A stretch of DNA of 64,000 nt from Octopus sinensis (taxonomy: Eukaryota): positions 7,068,001-7,132,000 of the forward strand of contig NC_043006.1 of the NCBI RefSeq assembly GCF_006345805.1, read 5' to 3'. A program made the position numbers and the translations under genes. This document shows, one piece after another, positions 48,461 to 62,280 of the stretch (positions within the stretch are counted from its first letter, which is position 1; each line of letters opens with the position of its first letter). The notes under the pieces were generated by a model, which was not told the origin of the DNA, searched no databases, and worked only from the letters and a program-made list of their open reading frames with translations.

Positions 48461-49627
48461 TGTATGTATGTATGTACGTATATATTTACACCAAATTCTC
48501 ATTAGACGGACCAGGGCTTTAGTTACAATCACTCGTCCAAGGTCCTGCGCTGTGGAACTAAACTCGAAATTACATAGTTATAAAGCGGATTTCCTAACCC
48601 CTCAGGCATACTGGTGTCCATACGTGTATGAGATGGGGTGTGTATACGTATACAGAGTAATTCCGTCATAATAGCTATGTAATGAAAGCAATGTATATTC
48701 ATATGTTAACGAACACATTAGAGATGTATTTTTTTTTACCTGTATACTGATTTCTAACATAATATTTCCGATTAATCTGATGAGTTTTCAGAAGGGAAAA
48801 CAATTTAAAGGCTAACACTAAGCCTTTACAACTAAGTCATCTTGACCCTGTATGAGCTACAGCTAATCAATAGAAAATCAAAGGGATGGAAGGTGACTAG
48901 AAACAATAGGTGGAGAGATGTGATAAATCTCCCTTCTATGGATGACTATAAAACTGGATCTCTGAAATACATCTGCTGAGTTGATTGATGGAGCAACATT
49001 ATTCAAAGTCCTTTCCCAACCCAAAATTATCGACTGTGAGCCATTATAATATGATTAAGATAACACTCGCGTCACCAAGGAGATAGTGACGATAAAAAAA
49101 AAACAGTGGAAAAATGAAAGTAACTTACAAATAAAACTACACAGAAACTCACGCCACCGTTTTCACACTCACATTGCCGCTTATATCGCTAATACCCAAA
49201 CAAGAAAGAATGAAAGTAAAAGATGGAGAACATCGAAATGGTTGCATGATTTGGGAGAAATAGCAGCTGTGTTGCCATCAAACAGCAAATTAACACCTTA
49301 TAAATGAAAGGTCATTTTATCTGAAAATATAGCGGTATGTTCTTGACAGGAATATTATGACCATTGCTTCGATAGAGCTTGATTTAACTCTATACAAGGT
49401 AACGACAACACCACGACCAACAAACATATGCTAGGATAACGCATGTATGTATACATCAAAAGAAACATGCGTGGCATTACAGATGCTACAAGTTACATCA
49501 ATAAAGGAGAAAACATGCAAATATGAAGTCGATAAAGCAGAGAGAATAATAATTTTAAGAGAGATATAGTATGATAAGTGGAATGATTACAGTTGAGTGT
49601 CTAAAACGTTTGATACTTAGAAGGAAA

Positions 49628-49989
49628 GGATCTTTTCGGTTTGACCGGCAGTTTTTAAAAATAATTTCCACGTAACTAAACACTTTTAAACTTCGTATAC
49701 TGGTAGAATGTGTTTATAAAACATATTTTTCTCTTTATTAAGAAATTTCTATTGTTTGTAAGATATTTGTTGTTTTTTTTTCAATTTCTGCAATTTCAAC
49801 CAATCAATGACGTCTATTGAGGTGAAAACATTCTGTGCCGTATGAATATGTCCCTCGTTTAAGAAACGGCTTGGGTTTAGTTACATTTCTGAAGAAAAAA
49901 ATATACACTTCCCCCACCTCTAACCCTAACCCTAACTCTAACCCTAACCCTAAAACAGATTGATACTAGGGTCATAATTATGGGTGACA
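49628..49989. mobile_element. Second copy of the (CCCTAA)n MITE, right TIR missing
   Basis: Starts ggatcttttcggtttgaccggcagttttt; colinear with 39034-39417. Confidence 0.88.
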
Positions 49990-51990
49990 GAAGAAAAATC
50001 ATTTTTCTAATTTAGACACAAGTAAAGCAATTTTGAGAGGAGAGTGTTATACGTATACACTGACTCAAATAGATAACTGACAGTTTATTTTAACGGGTCT
50101 TAAGGCATCAACTAAAATGTTGAACCCAGAATGCTAAGACACCTAACAGCCAGGTATATGAAATTTTTTCCGACCTTCTATCGATTCCCTCAATTCGTAG
50201 CTCATAATAGGATAATAGATAATGAACTAATAAAGCACCTACTTATGCTTGTGAATTTAAGTGGTAACGATGAATTTCCCAAACACAAAAACTGAGATAA
50301 AAGACCATACACGTACAATCAACATAACATGATTTAATAAAATTCGTTCTTACCGTATTAAATGTGTGTATGTGTGTGTGTGTGTGAGTGTGTGTAGTGT
50401 TACCTTTTTTTCTCTGAATACAATTTGCAATTTCTATGACATTATTATAGGTTATTACCTTCCACAAGCGTTTTTTAGTATCAACTAAGTTATTTTGCTT
50501 CCAAATGAAATCGAAGTCGTTTCCTGTTAACATCTCCACCGTCCATTCTTCGACATACAGTATTTGTACTCTAGTGTGGACTTGCTTTTTAAACAATGTC
50601 GTTCTGTAAATATGGTAGTCATAGCAATGAGAGCAGCATGATTATAAGAACAAACTCTCAATATATTAAGAAGTAATTACGAATGTATAAATAGACTTAT
50701 GTTATTAGTAAATTTGTTCAACAGTTCTGTCGTGCTGGCTTACAATACTGAGGAATTAAATGGTAGAGCGCAGTGATAATTTATTAAATGACAACAAAAC
50801 ATATTTATTGAAAACAGTCAGGGAAGTTACCATTATCGTAGTCATTGTGTTTTATTACTGCTTGTCTAAAAGTGTATTCTCTGGCGTTTCAACACTGTTT
50901 TAAACTAAGATACAACAATTCCCCCCTAATAATTTAATTAAATCTTCGATGTCAGTTTTAATCAAAGCTAATGGCTTTTTGCATACTTCATTAAATAAGT
51001 CTGTGACAAAGCCAAATACTTCTCTGCAATCCTATTCCACCGAGCAATTTACAATAGACGGTTGCTTATTAATTTTTTAAGGTATTGGTTATAATTTAAT
51101 CAATTTTTAATATATTGTGATTAAATATTTTCTTTATAATCAAAATATATTTAATATAGCTATGCATTATTTTAGATAAAATGGTATTTTATAAAATCTT
51201 TATTGGTGAATGGTTGTCGCTCGATCAAACAGATTTGGTTACAAGTTACTCTGAAAATTCTATTTTGTCGCAACCGAGATCGGTTTCTCAGGGTTGAACA
51301 ATGATTCTTGTGGTAGGAGCTTGTGTGAATGTGTGTGCGCGCGCATGTATGTGTGTGAATGACCTGCGAATGATAGGAAAGAAAGCTTCTCTTGCGAGTA
51401 CTTTGAGTAAGTGCATTATTCAATAGAAAGCGGTGGCAAGTTTTCTTTTCCCAAATGACCTGTCATTTTCTCTTCATTAATTCATTAGTGTCACAGTTGT
51501 AAATAAAACGAAAATCGCAAGACCGATGTCTGTGAAACACCATCGATCCACCTCAAAACAAGTAATTAATATAACAAACTATGTGATTAGGATATGAAGA
51601 GACAAATTAGAACGGTGCACTTCGACAATATCACAAAGAGTTAAAATATAAGCGAATGAAATAATATCATGTGAAAGGAATGATGTTTATATCTAATGCA
51701 GAGAGGTTAATGAAATAATGGGAGTATGTGAGTTGTTTTACATTCAAATGCGTCAGCGGAGGGGAGATAGGCGACATGAGGGTGGTTGCTTTAAAATATA
51801 GCTGTAGAAGAACATGATGTATCTATATGTGATGAGTGAGTGAGGTTTGAATACGTTTAAGGAGGTGTAGATGTTTAGAATCGGTAGAGAATCAGCGAAA
51901 GAATTTACGGACTTTGCTGTGTAGAAGAATTCTTACAAAAGAACAAAAAAATTGCAGTTTAGTAAATTTTTTCACCTGAAAATATCTATT

Positions 51991-52147
51991 TATATTATAT
52001 AGAGGGCATTATTACACATAAATGCCACACGCTAGGAGGGACTTTTAAAGTCATAACTACCAAAAATAATACGACTTGTTTATTTTTGGTAGTTATGACT
52101 TTAAAAGTCCCTCCTAGCGTGTGGCATTTATGTGTAATAATGCCCTC

Positions 52148-52158
<11 letters not shown>
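51991..52158. repeat. Perfect fold-back palindrome (79-bp arms, 10-nt loop)
   Basis: 51991-52069 versus 52080-52158. Confidence 0.95.
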
Positions 52159-52245
<87 letters not shown>

Positions 52246-52298
52246 GTTTAAATATTTGTTGTGCAAGATTTTTTATGTGAAGTCGTGTGTTGAAACAG

Positions 52299-52725
52299 AT
52301 ATTGTTATATTTCGGAATGGTCATATTGCCAGTTTAGCCAATAAAAACACACGCACTATATATTTGGTGTTATTTTGCTTCAGTGATATTTAATTTTTAC
52401 ATTAATCTTAATCTTATTTCGGCCAAAGTTCTTTCGTCACACTCCTGTGACCGCATCAGTGGACCTTTGTTTTCTTCTCACTTACTTGTGTCTCTCCTTA
52501 CTAACCGTCAGCCAAAATGGCTGACGGTTAGTAAGGAGAGACACAAGTAAGTGAGAAGAAAACAAAGGTCCACTGATGCGGTCACAGGAGTGTGACGAAA
52601 GAACTTTGGCCGAAATAAGATTAAGATTAATGTAAAAAATAAATATCACTGAAGCAAAATAACACCAAATATATAGTGCGTGTGTTTTTATTGGCTAAAC
52701 TGGCAATATGACCATTCCGAAATAT

Positions 52726-52733
<8 letters not shown>
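52299..52733. repeat. Fold-back palindrome (216-bp arms, 3-nt loop, 1 mismatch)
   Basis: 52299-52514 versus 52518-52733. The arm end also occurs alone at ~26938-26970. Confidence 0.95.
52567..52611 (+). ncRNA. Hammerhead-like motif, A9C variant (mirror copy on minus at 52421-52465)
   Basis: ggtcca-CTGATGC-g-gtcac-aggagt-gtgac-GAAA-gaac-TT-tggcc. Confidence 0.55.
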
Positions 52734-52791
<58 letters not shown>

Positions 52792-52998
52792 CGGGAAGCT
52801 TTATGAAAATAGACAAAAGACGAAGGCAGGTGGAAAACAAACAAACAATTGTATTAGTATGGCGCTCAGGAAATATAAATAACACAAGTCTTTAACGTTT
52901 CGAGCCTACGCTCTTCAACAGAAAGATACACAGAGAGAAAAAAAACACGGAAAGAAGGAGGGAAAAAAAAAATGCGTGCAGTAACTAACGAATCAACA
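52792..52998 (-). mobile_element. Family D variant copy
   Basis: Minus strand cttt-CTGTTGA-a-gagc-gtag-gctc-GAAAC-GTT-aaag at 52890-52925. Confidence 0.8.
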
Positions 52999-53665
52999 TA
53001 TATATATATAAAGTTTATATCAATTTTTTGCTTTCTTTTTCTATTTACACCAAAGCTAAACGATTGCTTTATGCCACTGATCCAAGAACATTCTGAAAAT
53101 GTTATGGCAAGTGATTGTTACATTTAAGAGTGGTCAGTGGAACGTAATATCTGCGGTAGATTTGATGCAGTCGCCATAGTTTAGTGCGTACCTTATTGTT
53201 CCGGATCAGTTTTGGCGTAAAGAAGTTTTTATACTACGTCGCACTCCTGTTCTTCTATCTGTGGCGGAAGAATTCTGATTTGTACTGATTTCTTCCCCTG
53301 ATCGTTATCATTTTGCTGCTGTAAGCTACCGTAACAGGATAATTGATCAACCTGTCGCTGGAACATATATATATTATTGTGCTTCGTGCTAGTACTTGAA
53401 TTTCAAATATACTGTTCGCCCATATTTTATTACGCATGTCAATTGAAAACAAACTTTCGATGTGATATAATATTACTAGAATTTTAGTTTTAAAATGGGT
53501 ATGTCAACACTAAATTTGGAGTTATTTGTGATTGTCAACATTGAATGCCTCGCTAGCGAAAGTGTGTACGGAACGAATTTTACATGAATATTGTGAGTGA
53601 TAATCTGTTTGTTTTCGGTTCTCTGGAGATAGTGCTGTCTTGATGCATTATATCTTAAAGTTATT

Positions 53666-53760
53666 CTTCTATTTGTTTCAGTCATTTCACTGCGGCCATG
53701 CTGGAGCACCGCCGTTAGTCGAGCGAATCGACCCCAGGACTTATTCTACCGGCACTCTTT
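53666..53760 (-). mobile_element. SINE C right-module 3' fragment
   Basis: tttgtttcagtcatttcactgcggccatgctggagcaccgcc. Confidence 0.8.
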
Positions 53761-53773
53761 TACCAATTCAAAG

Positions 53774-54011
53774 TGAAGAATTAAATTACACCATCAAGAA
53801 AATTACATATAATAGAAATATTAAGAATAAAATAACAATAAAATACCGATGATTAAGTAAATTGCAAAATAATTATAAATAATATATAACAAATATCTAC
53901 ATTTTTTAATATTATTTTGCAATTTACTTAATCATCGGTATTTTATTGTTTCTTTTATTTTTAATATTTCTACCATATGTAATTTTCTGGATGCTGTAAT
54001 TTAATTGTTCA
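53774..54011. repeat. Fold-back of family G (~100-bp arms, 37-nt spacer)
   Basis: 53774-53873 versus 53911-54011, roughly 10 differences. Confidence 0.88.
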
Positions 54012-54013
54012 TT

Positions 54014-54063
<50 letters not shown>

Positions 54064-54361
54064 ATTAATTAATTCTTGTTTTTTATATAATTTTCGTCTG
54101 TCTTGCCCGCATATTGTTCTGGTGTCCGCTGAATTTTTCTCTAGAGAACATTCTTTTCTTTGTAGTTTGATCGCAGGTGATCTACTTCTAGCATATGGCT
54201 AACCACATAGTGGATTTTTAGCCCTTTAAATATACACATGTATTAGAATTTTCTCTGATTCTTCAGATTTTTGTATGCTAGGCTACTGGTTTTAAATTGA
54301 TATTAATTAAATTAATATTCAATTTATCTCCCTCATCATTTAAATGTTTATATATATATAT

Positions 54362-54469
54362 ATACGACGGGCTCCTTTCAATTCCGTCTACCAAATCCAC
54401 TCACAAGGCTTTGGTCGGCCCGAGGCTACAGTAGAAGACACTTGCCCAAGGTGTAACGCAGCGGGACTA
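54362..54469 (-). mobile_element. SINE C left-module fragment
   Basis: cgacgggctcctttcaattccgtctaccaaatccactcacaaggc. Confidence 0.82.
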
Positions 54470-55462
54470 AAATATATTCTGTAGGTATTAAGTTTACAAT
54501 ATATATTTGTAGGCGTAAAACGTTTAATTTTAAATACATTTCATGCAGAGATTTATGTTTGTGAAAGGAGATAAATGCAGTACATGTTTTGTAATGCCAT
54601 TGTCATAGGTAGCTATTCATAGAAAGGTTATAGTCGGATAATGTTCGTTTTTGATACAGCAATGAATGGGATGAAACTGTAGAATTTGAGGAAACTAGTT
54701 ATGGTCCGCTTCAGTAAACAGTTATATAAAAAGTCTCAAACATTAGATTAAATTTCATGCCATGAGGAAAAACAGAATTCTAACGTTCACGTAGTTCACC
54801 TTGACAGAGAGAGATGAGTGTTTACTTGTATTAATGATTGGAAGTAGTGAGTGATACAAAGACTTCAAATCTGAATATGGGAGGGGGGAAAGTAAACGTG
54901 GAGCAGCGGGGGATGGAAAAGGTAAAGATATAACGGAGAATATTTACTATAGTGTTTGAACTGTTTAGAAAGTAGCTAGCTTGCTTGCTGCTATTTCAAT
55001 GCTAGAAGACACTCCATTACTGATTACATTTCAGATACATCGGCAGGTAACAACATTAGCAAGCGCCAATAATAATAATAATATGCACGTATAGTCTTTC
55101 ATATAGGTGTGGGGCAGAGGTTGTACAATATATGCAATATTTATTCTCACAATTGTACAAAGCGTAGGAGAAATTTATATTGTTCAATGCAAAATCATGG
55201 TAATACATAAAGCATATGTCACTCAATTTTACGAGATATTTAAATTCAAATTTATCATTGACAACATGGGATTATATACGAATGAATACATTTTCTGAAA
55301 TCATATAGGAGAGCTGCAAATGTTGCTATTGAGAAATAAAACAAATGTGTCTACATAGTTTTACCCGAGAGACCAGAAGCTAATGAAGCATGAACCGCAG
55401 CAATTTAAAAATTATTTTACAACATATTAGAAGGTACATTTTAAAGTATAGATTCCTCTTAT

Positions 55463-55536
<74 letters not shown>

Positions 55537-55834
55537 GCTTCTGTGTGTGTGTAAGCGTTAGTGTGCATATGCCTTTGTGTGTGTAAGAGATTCTATCGAT
55601 GTACTGAGGCATATATATTTATAGCTAGCATTGACAAACACGAGAGGACTGCCGTATAGATACACTTATATAGGTACAAAAATAGATGTATGCATATATA
55701 ACGCACGTGTGTTTGGATACATACTTACACACGTATACACACATATGTATACTTAAATATGTCTAGATAGATAGATAGATACACACACACACACACGCAA
55801 ACACACACATATATATATATATATACGTATATGT

Positions 55835-56090
55835 ATCTGTAAATGTAGTATGTGACAATTATTCAGTAGCCATGATAAATCTCCGAGTTTCGGATGCCGG
55901 AGTGGAAATCCACGCCGCCATCTCTTCAGTTATCCGGCCATCGGATAAATTGCTATGAAAAATTTTTCATAGCATTCTGTCCGATGGCCGGATAACTGAA
56001 GAGATAGCGGCGTGGATTTCCACCCCGGCATCCGAAACTCCGTGTTTTATCATGGCTACTGAATAATTGTCACATATTACATTTACAGAT
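55835..56090. repeat. Fold-back palindrome (128-bp arms, no spacer)
   Basis: 55835-55962 versus 55963-56090, with the centre tgctatgaaaaa|tttttcatagca; roughly 10 mismatches. Confidence 0.95.
55991..56051 (+). ncRNA. Type I hammerhead-like motif with a long stem II (mirror copy on minus at 55874-55934)
   Basis: gataa-CTGAAGA-[gat(a/g)gcggcgtggatttccac(c/t)ccggcatc]c-GAAA-ctc(c/g)g(t/a)g(t/a)t-ttatc. Confidence 0.72.
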
Positions 56091-57474
56091 TCATTCCTCT
56101 ATTTAAATAATATCGAGGTTTCTTTCATTCTTTTGTCGTCTTACACTTTCTGTCAATATATACGTATATGTATATAAATGTATGTATGATGTATGAATGT
56201 ATGTATATAATTTGGGGGTAAAAAGCTTGTAGAATGTTAGGGAATGCTCGTCCGCAGTTATTGGTTACATCATCTCTTCATATAGTGCAAATGTTACCGA
56301 ATATAGATCAGAAACGTCATAGCATTTGTAGAGTTTATATGCATAAATAACTGGCAGAAAGCTGAATAACCGACGTTCTTTATTTAAAACACTACAATTG
56401 TTTTGACACATTTTTACACCTGCTGTATATTCGCGAAGTGATGTGTAATCTTTATAATAGATCCAAGGTATAAAATGCGCCTCCTGAGGTAATTGTTTAA
56501 ATAACGCCTTCGTTAGATACTCTTTTTATTTCACTTCGTGTGAAAATGCATAAACCTATAGATACATTGGCAGAAAAAATACAAATACCATCACAATACA
56601 AAGTACATTCATAAAGAAACAACTAAAAGAAAGAAATGGTTCCGTTTGACTATAATTTACCCTTCTCTCTTACTGCTCAGATTAGAAGGAAGAAAATGCA
56701 AAACAGGCTGAATAATAAAATGAAGAATAAAATTAAGCATTTAGAGATATTTGAGTGATAAAGGGATGAAGACTGACAATTTCAGTACTTATTCTTTGTC
56801 AGAAATGTTTCTTTTCCTTCTTTGAAAGATTTGAATTACTTATTCTCTCCCGTGACAAAACAACTGACCCCATTCTTGAGTTCAGTGCGCTTCTATTTAA
56901 AGTTAAAATATTACCGTCTATTTTTTAAATACTTTTTGAAAGAATTAGAAAAAATAAGTAAGTCTGTAGTTGTCCACTCCATAAATATATTCGACTACAA
57001 ACCCACCTACAAAATAGTGTATATTGTTTTGTAAACACACATACACACACACGTATACACACGCATATAAGTAAGTGTGTTTGTATATATATAAAACCTC
57101 AGTGTGTGTTTGTTTCCGGATGTTGGGAAAGTTGGGTTGTCTTAGAAAGAAAGCTCTTCTAACCAGCAGGATATTCGTCTAGATATGTTCGAGTTTACGA
57201 GGAATTAATTCTTAGTAAACGTTCAGAGCACAAACCCAAAATAATGTTCAGCAGGTTGCACAAAAGAAACAACTACAAGTCATTTTGGAAGCGTTTCACA
57301 GTAAACATGATGACAATATACAAACAGGAAACCCTGGCGACAGTACGAGGGAAATTTTGATTCCATGTCTCAATTCGAAAATGAATGCTTATAATTTCAT
57401 TTGAACACTTCTATTTTGTAAACCTATAAACCTTTTTTGTTTCCATAAAAAGGAGCAAAAATTATTTATTGCCC

Positions 57475-57523
<49 letters not shown>

Positions 57524-57527
<4 letters not shown>

Positions 57528-57827
57528 TGGTTGTATACTGTCAACTTAACGTGACGGTCCAATAGAGGGAATTAAACCACCGCTGTTTAGCCCTAGGAAG
57601 CATCGAACGCTTCCTGTCGGCTTTGACACATTTTCTGTGTCCTTATATTTGTGAAGGGGAGGCAAGCACCACTACCAGCCAAGTGCTTGCCTCCGCTTCA
57701 CAAATATAAGGACACCGAAAATGTGTCAAAGCCGACGGGAAGCGTTCGATGCTTCCAAGGGCTAAACAGCGGTGTGTAATTGCCTTTACGGGACTGTCAC
57801 GTTAAGTTGACAGTATACAACCACTCT
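57524..57827. repeat. Fold-back palindrome (~146-bp arms, 13-nt loop)
   Basis: 57524-57669 versus 57683-57827, roughly 10 differences. Confidence 0.93.
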
Positions 57828-57878
57828 ATCGCTCCACCACCGCTCATGTCTCTTTCAGACATTTAGAAATTTAATATT

Positions 57879-57953
<75 letters not shown>

Positions 57954-58452
57954 TCCCCGGCATGGACACAGCCTTAGGGCTGGAACATATAAATGAATAT
58001 ATATATATATATATTATACAGGTATTATTATGCAAAGAGAAAAAATTCTGTTAAATATAAATAAAAATATACAGTCTTATAAATATTTAGACAGATACAT
58101 AAATATATAGATAAATGGATAGATACGTGTATGTGTTTTTGTATGTCTCTTTTCGTTATGCCTCTGGTTATCTATCTTTGAGTGTGGGCTAGAATTGCTC
58201 GAGAGGTTATAAACAAATTACCGAATTAGGGCTATGCTGTATAGTAACAAATTAGCTGGAATTTATTATTTTTTTCCAAGTTTGTGAACTAGAATGTTGG
58301 TTTAAATTAATTTCTCTTACCTTTATTGATGGTTTTCGGCATTTTTGTTAAACGTTGTATTGAGATCTGAAAAGCAAATAAGAAATTGTTAAATATTTTG
58401 CTTTGTTTTACATGCATTTATTCATATATTCATATATTCATATATATATAGT

Positions 58453-58646
58453 GCGAGTTTACGAAAAAAACAAAAGACGAAGAGAGGTGGTGTACAAAAC
58501 AAACAGATGTATTAGTATAACGCTCAGGAATAGAAAAAGTCTTTTCCGTTTCGAGCCTACGCTCTTCTACAGAAAGGGACACAGAAAAAACAAAGAGAGA
58601 AACAAGGAGAGAAAAAATGTGAGTAGTGGCTAACGATCTATCATGC
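58453..58646 (-). mobile_element. Family D copy
   Basis: Reverse complement of 46971-47161; shares the gaaacgg variant with it. Confidence 0.88.
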
Positions 58647-58703
58647 CGATATTATATATATATATATATATATACATATACATACATATATATATATATA
58701 TAA

Positions 58704-58744
<41 letters not shown>

Positions 58745-58759
58745 TATATATATATATAC

Positions 58760-58805
<46 letters not shown>

Positions 58806-58810
58806 ATATG

Positions 58811-58931
<121 letters not shown>

Positions 58932-58960
58932 AAAAAAGGAGATGTCGAACACGAGTGGTG

Positions 58961-59167
58961 ATATATAAAAAAGGAAATGAAGAAAATGCTGACAAATAAT
59001 TGAAGTAATTTAAGTAATTTAATTAGGTGAAAGTTCTTTTTACCGGTTGCGCATTTGTTATGCTTATCATTTTGATAAGCATAACAAATGCGCAACCGGT
59101 AAAAAGAACTTTCACCTAATTAAATTACTTAAATTACTTCAATTATTTGTCAGCATTTTCTTCATTT

Positions 59168-59181
<14 letters not shown>
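58961..59181. repeat. Perfect fold-back palindrome (109-bp arms, 3-nt loop)
   Basis: 58961-59069 versus 59073-59181; the ORF track gives the same peptide from both strands. Confidence 0.95.
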
Positions 59182-59226
<45 letters not shown>

Positions 59227-59503
59227 GTATGTATGTATATCGACAGTATATATGCATTTTCTGTGAGTATGTTTGGAAACATATGTATATATGTATGTAT
59301 CTGTTTACGTTGGAAACATGTCTGCAGAAGCAGAAAGTGAGTGATTGATATATTATTGGCTTTACAAGACCCACAGATTTCCCAGCAGACCCTCTTATAT
59401 GGTTATATCTACTGAAATGTCGTATATCATGTTTATCCTTAAAGTATGGAGGCCTATATTCTTGCTGATCTTTTGTTGCACGATTCTAGCATGTGTGTGT
59501 GTG

Positions 59504-59570
<67 letters not shown>

Positions 59571-59572
59571 CG

Positions 59573-59610
<38 letters not shown>

Positions 59611-60250
59611 AGTATATATGAATGTATGTATATGCCAAATTGTAGGCCACACTTATGCATAGAAATGGCTGCAATTTGCATGGGTGAAAATCTTTCAATG
59701 CTAAAGTATAGAGAGTATGCATCCGTCTTTCTAAAATATGGTCTTTTAATATCTAGGAAGAAGAAATATTAACATACACGCGGTAGCAAAGGGAAAGGAA
59801 ACCTCCCACACTTAGTTGATCAGCAAACGTTTCAATAGCCAACGCATAATGTGCTCGGTCCATGAGATGAAGGTAACTCAAATTAAAACGATGAAACATT
59901 ACCTAAAGGAATAGATCATTACCATTTGCTTAACGTTGTTACAACTTCTTGTAACAGAATATAATGTCACTACTCGGGCACTCACCCTAGAACATGCATC
60001 ATATATCAAAGGTTATGGAATTGTTTGGTTGCAGTGATTCTGAATAATTCTGTATTCACCAAAATAAGCAATTTATGCGAAATATATATCATCTACATGA
60101 TTATAATTGTTATAACTGTTTAGATTTGAATCAAGTGGAATAAGACCGGATACGAACATTATTATAGACAGATAAATAGACAGAAGATAGATAGATAGAT
60201 GCATACATACATACATGCACACATACATACATTTTCTCTTTTTCTCTTTT

Positions 60251-60590
60251 CTCTTTTATTTGTTTCAGTCATTTGACTGCGGCCATGCTGAAGCATCCTT
60301 TTAGTCGAGCAAATCGACCCCAGCACTTATTCTTTGAAAGCCTAGTACTTATTCTATCGGTCTATTTTGCCGAATCGCTAATTTACGTGAACGTAAACAC
60401 ACCGCAATCGGTTGTCAAGCGATGTTGGGGGGAGACAAACACAGACACACTAACATGTACACCCACATACATATATAGATATGCATTTATACGACGGGCT
60501 TCTTTCAGTTTCCGTCTACCATATCCACTCACAAGGCTTTGGTCGGCCCGAGGCTATAGTAGAAGACACTTGACCAACGTGCCACGCACT
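60251..60590 (-). mobile_element. SINE family C, nearly full length
   Basis: Right module + short (TG/TA) spacer + left module; reverse complement of the 34965 layout. Confidence 0.88.
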
Positions 60591-60616
60591 GAGAGTATAT
60601 ATATATATATATATAT

Positions 60617-60652
<36 letters not shown>

Positions 60653-62196
60653 TACATATATAAATACGTCCATACATACATACATGCATATATACATAAT
60701 ATTACATTCATACATAATACATACATGCATACTTACAAACATGCATACATACATCTAAGTTATATATTCATAATTTTATATATAGTTTTCCGTGTTTGAT
60801 ACTTTTCTGTGAAAATATTATTTTTCATATGCACAAAACGTGATGTTTTACGAACTATCACTAATACACTAAAAGTGAAATGATTGATTTTTTATCATTT
60901 CCTATAGATAGGAATGGAGTATGATAGAAGACTGTGACACTTGCATATAGAAACGTGACAAAACAGTGAGATTGTATCTATTTTTCTGTACATATGTGAC
61001 TACCTTTTGTAAGAATGTTGATAAATTCTAAATATCTGTGCAAATCAATTTCTTAATAGATTCTGTATAGTTTTCAAGAAAAATAGATTATAATTTCTTA
61101 ACAAACATTGCAATATCCCTGAATTTTGAGATAATAACACTTGATACACCAACGTCTCCTTGTAGTGGCTGATTTATGTCCAGTTAGGAATGAAAAATAA
61201 ATCATGATAAATTATACCAGATTAATATCAGACATGTTTTATGTCGGATAGTAACACAATGGTTGTCTGTTTTGGTATGAGATCTATTATTGGTAACAAT
61301 GTACAAATATTTATAGCAGAAAATAGGCAAAACGTGTCAAAACGCTATAAGAAATTATCAATGGAAATTATTAGTAAAGATATACTGAGTTTTGTATTTC
61401 CAGGCATAAAGCAAATTTGTTCAGTGAAATGTTTAATGAATGTCCTCTGATTTGATTTGAGAATTTCTAATAGGATTTCCTTACTATTTAGCCCCCCACC
61501 CTTTCATACTGGAGAAGTAAACAAGAACACATTTAGCTTTACTATATATTGCAATTATTGATTTTACGTCATGGTTTAAATAAGTTAGCCTAATGCGTAG
61601 CAACTCAGATATTCCTTTCACTTCAAATATTATTACATTCGTCACAGAATTAATGTGTGTTCCACTCAGTTAAGATCTCCAGTTATGAACCCTACTCCGT
61701 ACTAAACTCTATCGAGAGAACATGATATATCATCTACATCCAACTGTATTTCAGTCGTATTTTGCAGATAAGTGATTTCGTTACTTCGGGATGTTTTTTT
61801 TTTCTCTCTGGTTTGTTACTTGTTTTACTCTTTGTGACGGTTTGAATTAAGTCACCATTGTTGAAATTTACGGAGTTATAATCTAAATATAACTCTTGGC
61901 ATACATTGCATCATGCGATTAGACACTATACATCCTCAACTGCAGAGCTTATATTTTACGGGCATCTAATATTAACAAAACATAAGAATATGAGTTACAT
62001 TTTCACAAATAATATATATATACATATGTATGTATGAATGAATGAATGTATGTATTTATGTAGGTGTATATATATTTATGTGTGTGTGTGTATTTATAAA
62101 TATAATATATATATATATGTGTGTTTGTGTGTGTGTGTGTGTATTTATAAATATAAATAAATATATATATATATATATGTATATATGTATTTATAA

Positions 62197-62280
<84 letters not shown>

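Noticed and set aside
50243-50596. 117-aa minus-strand ORF
   Set aside because: Partly (CA)n-derived; the remainder matches no motif I know.
57955-57995. cagcc-ttag-ggctg-gaac hairpin between (TA)n tracts as another hammerhead
   Set aside because: No CUGANGA core and GAAA is not intact; too short to support.
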